Positions 51,286 through 59,300 of a DNA stretch of 64,000 nucleotides are shown in pieces. The position numbers were made by a program, and so were the translations under genes. Positions within the stretch are counted from its first letter, which is position 1. Each line of letters begins with the position of its first letter. Source of the DNA: an uncultured Verrucomicrobiae bacterium (GTDB taxonomy: Bacteria > Verrucomicrobiota > Verrucomicrobiia > Chthoniobacterales > JAATET01); contig CAVRCI010000002.1 of NCBI GenBank assembly GCA_963719495.1, forward strand, positions 576,001 through 640,000. Direction: 5' to 3'. The notes beneath the pieces are model-generated. The model made no database searches and had not been told where the DNA came from. It saw nothing but the letters and a program-made list of their open reading frames with translations.

Positions 51286-53685
51286 ATGAAAATTGATCCT
51301 GCCCTGTTTCCGTGTGCCCGGAAGCTGTTGTTCTCACTCGTCGTCTTGGCTTTGCTGCCGTCCAGTCCCGGTCTGGCTGCGACGGTCACTGCCAAAAAAG
51401 GAGACACTTTCGTCGACTCAATCGGCATCAACATCAAGCTGGACCGTGGCCGATACGGGAATTTCTCCAGTGTCGTGAAGCCTGCCTTGGCGGATCTCGG
51501 GATTCGCCATTATCTTGACGGGAAACTCCAGTCGGTTGATCGTCCGAAATTCCAGGAACTTTGGGACGACCTGGGAATGCGTATGCTTTACGGCGCTGTC
51601 CCGTATGAAGGGACGTTGGACAACGATCCTCAGTCGATCCGCAACCGCGTCCGCACCCACTCGTTGGATTACATCTGGGGCGTCCAGGGCGTGAACGAAC
51701 CGGACATCTTTCTGGTGACGGAATTTGGCTGGTCGAACCAGGTTTATACCGACCGAAACAACGTGACCCGGACGAACACGACGTCCGAATACTTTGCGTC
51801 ACGCGCCTACCAGAACGATCTCTATCATTGGATGAACGCCGATCCGCTGACGGCAAACATCCCGGTCGGCAGCCCGGCGATGGCGTATAGCAGCAATGTT
51901 TCCAAGGTGACGCCAGTCGATGCTGATTTTGGATCGTTCCATCACTACACCAAACGAGATCGGCCGGATCTGGATCTGGCAGCGATCCTTGACCGGACGG
52001 GCTGGTATGGGGGGGCCGCGAAGATCTGCTCGGAATTTGGATGGCTGACCAGCGGGACGGGCAACGAGTTTCAGGCCGCGAAGGTGAGCGAGAAGGTTCA
52101 GGCCGAAAACATCGTCTCGGCGTTTCTCGTTTACCACCAGCGCGGCGTTCTTCGCTCCTACTTGCATGAGCTGATCGACGCGAATTGGGGGATCGTCGGA
52201 TCCGGGTCCGGCACGCCGAAGAAAAAGGCCTACTACGCTCTCCGTGACGTGATCGCCCTCTTTGCGGACGCGAGCTGGAATAGCTCGACCAAGCAATGGA
52301 GCACGCCGACGTTCACTCCGCAGCCGCTCGACATCACCTATTCGGGATTGAGCGGTCTCGCCAAAGTCCAGCTCTACCAGAAGAGCGATGGCTCCTACAT
52401 CCTGGCGTTTGCGCGGATGGCGGACCGGGTCGATGACAACGGGAACGACATCCTCGATCCCGACACGTTTGATCTCTCGATTGCCGAAGGAATTTCGAAC
52501 GCGTCCTGGCGGACGCTCGATCCGGCGACGGGGCAACTGGTTTCGTCGCCCGTGAGTGCGGTCGGCGGCACCGACGTGACTGGCCTAGTCCTGCCCGCGG
52601 GCAACGGGTTTCTGGTCTTCCGATCTGGAGCGGACGCGGGCCTTGGCGCAGCAGCCGATACGTATCTGCGACGAAATGACACTACGCCGAACGGAGGCGA
52701 GACCGAGATCGTCGTCAAAAGTAAAGTCGGTGTCGATGCCTACGAGAGGTTCGGGTTGGTGCGATTTGACACGAGCGGTGTTGCCTTGCCGGTAGGTTCG
52801 GTCGCGTTCGAGGTGGACGCAATCAGTGTGGTCGGGAACTTCACGTTTCGGGTTTTGGGGGTGAAGGAGAGTGCGGGCGACGAGAATTTCAACGAAGGAT
52901 CACTTCACTGGTCGAACTCGGTTCTGAGCGACAGCAGCGACGATGGCTACGAGAACACAAAGGTGGAGCCGATCGGAGATTTCACGCTGACTTCGAGCGA
53001 CACGGCGGTATCCGTGACATCGCAGGCGATGTTGGATTTCATCAACGCAGACACGAATGGAAGGGTCACGTTCCTGATCGCCCGTCTGACGTCAAACAAC
53101 GCGACGTCAACGTTCGCGTCGAAGGAAAATGGATCGGCTTCGGGACCCCGCTTGGTGCTCGGCGGAAGCTCGGCGGTTGAGATTCCGGCTGTGGCTGATG
53201 CCTACGTGAGGAGCGGGTCGAACGCGGGGAACAACTACGGGACTTCCTCCGAACTGGCGGTGAAAGACGACGGGGGCAACGCGAACAACACCCGGCGGGC
53301 CTTTCTCAAGTTCAGTCTGAACGGCTTCAGTAGTCCTGTCGCGAGTGCGACCCTGAGCCTGCGGGTGACGGGAGCACAGCAAAGCAACGATCCGGCGGCG
53401 GTCGAGGTGTTCAAGGTTTTCGCCGACGGTTGGGGAGAGAATTCGATTCGTTACAACAACCAACCCGCAGAGAACGGCTTGATTGCGACGTATTCCGGCA
53501 TCGACCGGAATTCCGTGGGGCTCGAGGTCGCGTATGACGTGACTGCCTACGTGAATTCGCAGATTGCCAACGACGGTACGGCCAGTTTTCAGCTCAGGCA
53601 GCCCAACAATCAGTCGATGTTCATCGCATTCGGAAGCCGCGAGGCTGCAGCGGCGGACCGACCGTTACTGATCATCCAAGAGTAG
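51286..53685 (+). CDS. Secreted clan GH-A hydrolase with two DNRLRE/CBM96-like domains
   Basis: Signal peptide; QGVNEPD, FHHY, CSEFGW; repeats AADTYLR..VRFD..FASKE and VADAYVRSG..NYG..RAFLKF..FGSRE. Confidence 0.8.
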   Translation: MKIDPALFPCARKLLFSLVVLALLPSSPGLAATVTAKKGDTFVDSIGINIKLDRGRYGNFSSVVKPALADLGIRHYLDGKLQSVDRPKFQELWDDLGMRMLYGAVPYEGTLDNDPQSIRNRVRTHSLDYIWGVQGVNEPDIFLVTEFGWSNQVYTDRNNVTRTNTTSEYFASRAYQNDLYHWMNADPLTANIPVGSPAMAYSSNVSKVTPVDADFGSFHHYTKRDRPDLDLAAILDRTGWYGGAAKICSEFGWLTSGTGNEFQAAKVSEKVQAENIVSAFLVYHQRGVLRSYLHELIDANWGIVGSGSGTPKKKAYYALRDVIALFADASWNSSTKQWSTPTFTPQPLDITYSGLSGLAKVQLYQKSDGSYILAFARMADRVDDNGNDILDPDTFDLSIAEGISNASWRTLDPATGQLVSSPVSAVGGTDVTGLVLPAGNGFLVFRSGADAGLGAAADTYLRRNDTTPNGGETEIVVKSKVGVDAYERFGLVRFDTSGVALPVGSVAFEVDAISVVGNFTFRVLGVKESAGDENFNEGSLHWSNSVLSDSSDDGYENTKVEPIGDFTLTSSDTAVSVTSQAMLDFINADTNGRVTFLIARLTSNNATSTFASKENGSASGPRLVLGGSSAVEIPAVADAYVRSGSNAGNNYGTSSELAVKDDGGNANNTRRAFLKFSLNGFSSPVASATLSLRVTGAQQSNDPAAVEVFKVFADGWGENSIRYNNQPAENGLIATYSGIDRNSVGLEVAYDVTAYVNSQIANDGTASFQLRQPNNQSMFIAFGSREAAAADRPLLIIQE

Positions 53686-53730
53686 GCGTTTCGGCTTCGA
53701 ACGGGGCGACTACGCCGCTCTGGCCGGAAG

Positions 53731-54387
53731 TCAGTTCTCGATGAGCTCGACGTTTTCGACGGCGATCTGATTGTCCCCGTCGAGCTCGTTGCCGGTGTTG
53801 ACGAAGTCGATGGCCAATTGCTGGAGCGGCCAGTCGACTTGCTTGTTTTCGTCGCCCCACCAGACGTTCCAAAAACCCCGTCCGAGGTTGATCGTCACTT
53901 CGCCGGGGGTCTCCGGAACGGGCTTTTGCTCGGTGAAGTAAAGCTCGCCGCCGGCGTCCACCATGAACGCGCGGACCTTGATGCCCGGTTGGCGGCAAAA
54001 TGTGCGGATCCGGAGGGCGACCGATTCCCAGTCGGTCGGCACGACCGGGTCGACAAAACTCTTGTTTGCCGTGAACCGGATCGAGCCGGGCGTGGCTCCA
54101 CCCGAGCCGCCGACCGTCGACGGATAGTCGACGAGGATCGTTGATCGCCCGTCGATAAATTCTTCCGAGACGGTGACCTCGACGTCTTTGAGCGGCTTGC
54201 CGTCGAGGTTGGTGGCTTGAATCGTCCAACCGGATGACCCGGCGGTCTCGACGGGGTATTCCGCCAAGATGTCTTCGGCAGAAGCGGGGGTGGTCGTGAC
54301 GGCGGCCAGGCCGACGACGATGGTGAGGCAGAAGTGCGGAAGGCGTCGCAAATGACGGAGGCGAATGGGGGCGGGAGGAGTTTTCAT
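53731..54387 (-). CDS. Secreted hypothetical protein, possible carbohydrate-binding beta-sandwich
   Basis: Signal peptide; aromatic-rich beta-strand pattern (FMVDAGGELYF, WWGDENKQVDWPL). Confidence 0.55.
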   Translation of the reverse strand: MKTPPAPIRLRHLRRLPHFCLTIVVGLAAVTTTPASAEDILAEYPVETAGSSGWTIQATNLDGKPLKDVEVTVSEEFIDGRSTILVDYPSTVGGSGGATPGSIRFTANKSFVDPVVPTDWESVALRIRTFCRQPGIKVRAFMVDAGGELYFTEQKPVPETPGEVTINLGRGFWNVWWGDENKQVDWPLQQLAIDFVNTGNELDGDNQIAVENVELIEN

Positions 54388-54399
54388 TGGAGCGTGAGT

Positions 54400-55803
54400 T
54401 TAGATCGATGGGGCGGCAAATTCGAGTTCGCTTGGCTCTTTGTACCCAGGAATCTGCTGGCGGGCGGCGGCGGGCATGCCGCCGAGCATGGCTTCGACGA
54501 AGGGATCCGCGGTGTCGATCATCCAGCGCAGGAGTTGGCCGCCGAGGCGGGTGATTGCTGGCAGCGATCCGGGATCGGCCACGCGGTTGTTGAGTTCGCC
54601 GGGATCGTTCTCCAAGTCGAAGAATTGGGTGGGCTCTGCGCCGAGGCGGCCGAGGTCCTGCACAACGAGTTTGTAGCGCTCGGTAACGATGCAGCGACGG
54701 CTCCCTTGGAAACCCTGACCGTAGAACCAATCGAACCACGGATGGTGAATTTCCGCAAAAACGGACTGGTGTGGTGCGGCCTGATTGTCGCAGAGGCACG
54801 GTCGCAGGGACGTGCCGAGCATCGTGGAAGGGATCGGGACACCCGCGAGGTCTAGTAGGGTCGGCGCGAGGTCGACGGAACTCACAAGCCCTTCGACGCG
54901 TCGACCGGCTTCGATCCGTCCCGGCCAACGGCAAAGGAGCGGGACGTTGAGCGATTCCTCGTAGAATTGATTCTTACTCTGGAGCCCGTGGGAGAGGAGT
55001 TGGTCGCCGTGATCGGAACTGACGATCACCAATGTCTTCTCCGCGAGACCGAGGTCATCGAGCGCGTCGAGGAGTTGACCGAACGCGAGATCGATCCCGC
55101 GGACTTGGGCGTGATACTGGGCGAGAATCTCGCGAGCCTCGTCACGAAGGGCGGGGGGAGTGTTCTCGGGGACTTCGACGACCTCGCGGGCCTCGGCGAA
55201 GAGGTGTTCGAGCTCCGAAGGGAGGATGTCGTAGGGCTCGTGCGGCGGGTCGTAGGAAATGGCGAGCATTTGCGGTGCCCGGTCGCCGGAGGCCTTGAGA
55301 ACCTCGATGGCGCGCGCCGTCTGCGCGAAGGGTGCCCAGCTTTCATCAGCGGGGACGCGGGCTCCCTGATCATCGAAATCGTAGGGCTCGAGGCGCGGCG
55401 GGCCGCATTGGAAGGACCCGAAGGCGTGATCGAATCCCAGCCGTTGCGGACCGGGGGGAACGAAGCCGCGGGTGCCCGCGTTGTGCCACTTGCCGAAATA
55501 CGAGCATTCGTAACCGGCTCGGGTGAGGGCGTGCGCATAGGTCTCGGAGTCGGTGCGGAGCTGGATGTCGTTCGAGAGATACGGTAGGCCATCGTCTCCA
55601 CGAAGGCTGTGCGCGGGCCGACCGGTCAGCAGCGTGCCACGGGATGGCGTGCACATCGGGTAGTTGACGTAGCAACGGCGAAATGAAGTTCCTTCACGGT
55701 GGATGCGGTCGAAGTTTGGGGTCGGGACGGGCCCGCCCTCGCACGCGAGCGCCGACCGTCGGAGCTGATCCGGGAAAACAAATAGGATGTGAGGTTTCTT
55801 CAT
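54400..55803 (-). CDS. Formylglycine-dependent sulfatase (S1)
   Basis: PHILFVFPDQ, CTPSRGTLLTG (CxPxR), FGKWH, PPHEPY, SSDHGD. Confidence 0.93.
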   Translation of the reverse strand: MKKPHILFVFPDQLRRSALACEGGPVPTPNFDRIHREGTSFRRCYVNYPMCTPSRGTLLTGRPAHSLRGDDGLPYLSNDIQLRTDSETYAHALTRAGYECSYFGKWHNAGTRGFVPPGPQRLGFDHAFGSFQCGPPRLEPYDFDDQGARVPADESWAPFAQTARAIEVLKASGDRAPQMLAISYDPPHEPYDILPSELEHLFAEAREVVEVPENTPPALRDEAREILAQYHAQVRGIDLAFGQLLDALDDLGLAEKTLVIVSSDHGDQLLSHGLQSKNQFYEESLNVPLLCRWPGRIEAGRRVEGLVSSVDLAPTLLDLAGVPIPSTMLGTSLRPCLCDNQAAPHQSVFAEIHHPWFDWFYGQGFQGSRRCIVTERYKLVVQDLGRLGAEPTQFFDLENDPGELNNRVADPGSLPAITRLGGQLLRWMIDTADPFVEAMLGGMPAAARQQIPGYKEPSELEFAAPSI

Positions 55804-57620
55804 TTTGTTGGAATCGGGCTGCTTCTGGTTGCCCGCGCTTCGCCGTCGTGAATGGCGTGGAGCCGGCTAAACGGGCCGTCAGCGGCGATGAGCTCGTCGT
55901 GGGTGCCGGTCTCCACAAGCTGACCATCGGCGATAACGCAGACCAGATCGGCATCGCGAATGGTCGACAGGCGGTGGGCGACGATGATGGTCGTGCGATC
56001 CCGGACGAGCTCCCGGAAGGCGGCCTGGACGAGCTGTTCGGACTCCAGATCGAGTGCGGCCGTCGGCTCGTCGAGAACGATCACCCGGGGATTTCGAACC
56101 AAGGCCCGGGCGATGGCGATGCGTTGCTTCTGACCGCCGGACAGTCGGGTGCCGCCCTCGCCAATGAGAGTCTCCCACTGGTCGGGGAGACGTTCGACAA
56201 ATTCTTCGACGTGTGCGAGGCGGACGACGCGGTCGAAATGCTCGTCGGTGACTTCAGGCGAGCCGAAGAGGATATTTTCGCGGATGGTGCCGTTGAAAAG
56301 GATAATCTGCTGTGGGACAAGCGAGAGGTGCCGACGCCAGGCTCGCATGTCGAGACGTTCCATGTCCACGGCATCGAGAAAGATCTGTCCCGCCTGCGGT
56401 CGGAGGAAGCCGATGGCGAGATTGACGAGAGTGGACTTCCCGCTGCCGGACGAACCGACGAGGGCAACGGTGCTCCCGGCGCGGAGGTGTAAGCTGAAAT
56501 CGCGAATCGCGAGGTGATCGTTCCCCGGATACTTGAAGCAGACCGACTTGAATTGGATCTCGCCCCGAACGCGGGCTGGGTGAGCTTTGCCCGCGTTGTG
56601 CTCGAGATCGGGGGATTTGAGGACGTCACCCAGCGAGCGGACGGATTCGCTCCCACGGGTGAACGTCGGGTAGAGATTGAGAAACGTATTGACCGAACTC
56701 ACGAGTAGGGCGAAGAGCGCAGAGTAGAGCACCAATCCGCCAACGGTCATCAGACCGCGACTGACTAGCCAATATCCGGCGGCCAAGACGCTAAGGTTGA
56801 AGAATTGGAAGACAACCCAGTTCGTGGACTGAAAGAGCGCATTGACGCGGTCGAGGAGTTGCCCGCGGCGGTCCACCTCTGTCACGCTCGCAGCCAGGTG
56901 GTCGTAAGCGATCTCCTCCACGCTGTGAGCGCGGGCGAGCGGCAGCATTTCGACCATTTCGCCAACCTGAACGTTCATCGCCTCGAGGTGGCGGCGATAT
57001 TCGAAGTTCCGACTTCGCATGGCACTTCTGAACGTTCGAGAAACACCGACCGTGATCGGAACGACAACGGCGAAGAACAGTAGCATTCTGGGTTCGTGAA
57101 TGCCGGTGTAGACGACGGCAAAGAGCACGTTCATCGTCGCGAGAGTTCCGGCGTTGAGCAGGTCCATCGTCATGAGCTGGATCTGCTCGACGTCGCGCAG
57201 GAGCTTGGACTGGAGGCGACTGCCGTCCGTGCCTTGATGGAAAGAAATGGAAAGCTGTTGCAGGCGACGCGTCACGGCTAGACGCAAGCTCCGCTCGGCT
57301 CCCCGCGCCGTGCGGCTGATCAGACTGATGAACGCGGTGTGCAACGGAATGTTACCCGCAATGGCGAGCGCGGTGATCGCGCCGAAAATGAGGAGATGCG
57401 TGTCGTCGCGGGACTCCGGGTGGGCCAGGGCATTGATGGCGCGCTCGGTGAGGATTGGGAAAAGCCAGACCGGACATTGCTTAACGACGAAGAGTGCCGC
57501 GATCCCGGCGTAGAATCCTGGACCACGCCCGATGAGCCGCGCGATCGTGCCCGGCAGGGTCCGCGCCGCGTAGGCAGCGTCGATCGATTCGGCGGTGCGG
57601 GATTCGGATCGAATGGTCAA
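55800..57620 (-). CDS. ABC exporter, fused permease/ATPase
   Basis: TM region followed by GSSGSGKST, LSGGQKQR, VIVLDE, AHRLST. Confidence 0.93.
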   Translation of the reverse strand: MTIRSESRTAESIDAAYAARTLPGTIARLIGRGPGFYAGIAALFVVKQCPVWLFPILTERAINALAHPESRDDTHLLIFGAITALAIAGNIPLHTAFISLISRTARGAERSLRLAVTRRLQQLSISFHQGTDGSRLQSKLLRDVEQIQLMTMDLLNAGTLATMNVLFAVVYTGIHEPRMLLFFAVVVPITVGVSRTFRSAMRSRNFEYRRHLEAMNVQVGEMVEMLPLARAHSVEEIAYDHLAASVTEVDRRGQLLDRVNALFQSTNWVVFQFFNLSVLAAGYWLVSRGLMTVGGLVLYSALFALLVSSVNTFLNLYPTFTRGSESVRSLGDVLKSPDLEHNAGKAHPARVRGEIQFKSVCFKYPGNDHLAIRDFSLHLRAGSTVALVGSSGSGKSTLVNLAIGFLRPQAGQIFLDAVDMERLDMRAWRRHLSLVPQQIILFNGTIRENILFGSPEVTDEHFDRVVRLAHVEEFVERLPDQWETLIGEGGTRLSGGQKQRIAIARALVRNPRVIVLDEPTAALDLESEQLVQAAFRELVRDRTTIIVAHRLSTIRDADLVCVIADGQLVETGTHDELIAADGPFSRLHAIHDGEARATRSSPIPTK

Positions 57621-57638
57621 AGTCGCTCGAGAATATGC

Positions 57639-57654
57639 GGCTCACTCGTATCAG
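57639..57654. promoter_or_regulatory. Candidate operator in the divergent ABC exporter / GH13 intergenic gap
   Basis: TCACTCGTATCAG matches TCACTAGTATCAG (24456-24468) at 12/13. Confidence 0.5.
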
Positions 57655-57669
57655 ATACAGCACTTTTCC

Positions 57670-59283
57670 ATGATCCCGAATACTCCCGCCTGGCTGGCAT
57701 CATCCATCTTCTACGAACTCTACCCGCAATCATTTCTCGATACGAACGGGGATGGCATCGGCGATCTGGAAGGGGTCGTCCGCAAGCTCGACTACATCCG
57801 ATCCATCGGCTGCAACGCGATCTGGCTGAACCCGTGCTTCGAATCGCCGTTCGGCGACGCGGGTTACGACGTGGCCGATTTTTACAAAGTCGCCGCCCGC
57901 TACGGGACGAACGATGATCTGGTGCGGCTCTTTGCGGAGGCGAAGACACGGGGGATTCGAGTGTGTCTGGACCTCGTTGCCGGCCACACGTCGAATCAGC
58001 ACCCGTGGTTTCAGGAATCCTGCAAGGTCGAGCCGAACAAATACACGAACTGGTACATTTGGACGCGCAGCATCTGGGAGCAGGGGAGGTCGATCATCAA
58101 CGGCTACTGCGACCGGGACGCGAATTATCTAACGAATTTTTTCTGGTTTCAGCCGGCGCTCAACTACGGCTACGCCAATCCCGATCCCGAGAAGCCGTGG
58201 CAATTGCCGGTCGACCACCCCGACGTGCAGGCGGTGCGGGCGGAGTTGTTCAAGATCATGCGGTTCTGGTTGGACCTCGGGGCCGATGGCTTCCGGGTCG
58301 ACATGGCGGCTTCGTTGGTGAAGAACGACGGCGACTTAAAAGAGACGATGGCGCTGTGGGCGGAAGTGCGGGAGATGTTTGATCGCGATTACCCGGATCG
58401 GGCGCTCATGTCGGAATGGTCGGAACCGCTCAAGGCGATCAAGGCGGGGTTTCACATCGACTTCATGTTGGCCTTCGGTCAACCGCCGGCTTACACCGCG
58501 CTGCTGCGGAAGGAGGCGGGGCGCGATCTGAGTCCGCTCTCCGAGAAGGGCCGCAGCTTCTTCGACCGGGCGGGGAAGGGGGACGTCCGCGAATTTTTCG
58601 ACACGTATCTCGAGCATTACCTCGGGACGAAGGATCGGGGTTACATTACGATCCCATCGGGCAATCACGACGTGCCGCGGCTGGCGATGGGGCGCACGCG
58701 GGAGGAAATCGAAGCGGTTTTTGCGTTCGTGATGACGATGCCGGGGATTCCGTTTATTTACTACGGGGACGAGATCGGGCTGCGACACGCGGAGGGTCTG
58801 GTGTCGAAAGAGGGCGGCTATACCCGCACCGGGGCGCGGACGCCGATGCAATGGAATGGCGACGAAAAAGCGGGATTCTCGGTAGCTTCGGCGTCGGACT
58901 TTTACCTCCCTCTCGATCCGACGAAGGACCGTCCAAACGTCGCTGAACAAGAGGAGGACCCCGGCTCTTTGCTCAACGGCGTCCGGAAGTTGGCTGGTCT
59001 GCGCAGCGAGCACCCAGCGCTTCAGGGCGACGGGGAGCTCGAGTTGCTGCTCGCGGACGCGGGTGCTTATCCCCTGGTCTATCGGCGCTCGGACGAGGCT
59101 GGAGCGTTCGTCGTTGCGATCAATCCGGCGGGTTATTCGGTCACCGCCGAGTTCGGATTGGGCTGCGAGGTCTCGCGGCTGGAATTCCTGCTTGGTTGTG
59201 ACGTCGATGTTCATCTGACGAGCGAAGCGTGCCGGATGGAGATGCCGCCAATCACTTACTCGATTCATCGCATCCTGGAGTGA
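57670..59283 (+). CDS. GH13 alpha-amylase-family protein (alpha-glucosidase-like)
   Basis: DTNGDGIGDLEG, DLVAGH, DGFRVDMA, SEW, GNHD, YYGDEIG, RTPMQW. Confidence 0.92.
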   Translation: MIPNTPAWLASSIFYELYPQSFLDTNGDGIGDLEGVVRKLDYIRSIGCNAIWLNPCFESPFGDAGYDVADFYKVAARYGTNDDLVRLFAEAKTRGIRVCLDLVAGHTSNQHPWFQESCKVEPNKYTNWYIWTRSIWEQGRSIINGYCDRDANYLTNFFWFQPALNYGYANPDPEKPWQLPVDHPDVQAVRAELFKIMRFWLDLGADGFRVDMAASLVKNDGDLKETMALWAEVREMFDRDYPDRALMSEWSEPLKAIKAGFHIDFMLAFGQPPAYTALLRKEAGRDLSPLSEKGRSFFDRAGKGDVREFFDTYLEHYLGTKDRGYITIPSGNHDVPRLAMGRTREEIEAVFAFVMTMPGIPFIYYGDEIGLRHAEGLVSKEGGYTRTGARTPMQWNGDEKAGFSVASASDFYLPLDPTKDRPNVAEQEEDPGSLLNGVRKLAGLRSEHPALQGDGELELLLADAGAYPLVYRRSDEAGAFVVAINPAGYSVTAEFGLGCEVSRLEFLLGCDVDVHLTSEACRMEMPPITYSIHRILE

Positions 59284-59300
59284 GGGGAGGAGTCGCCGCT

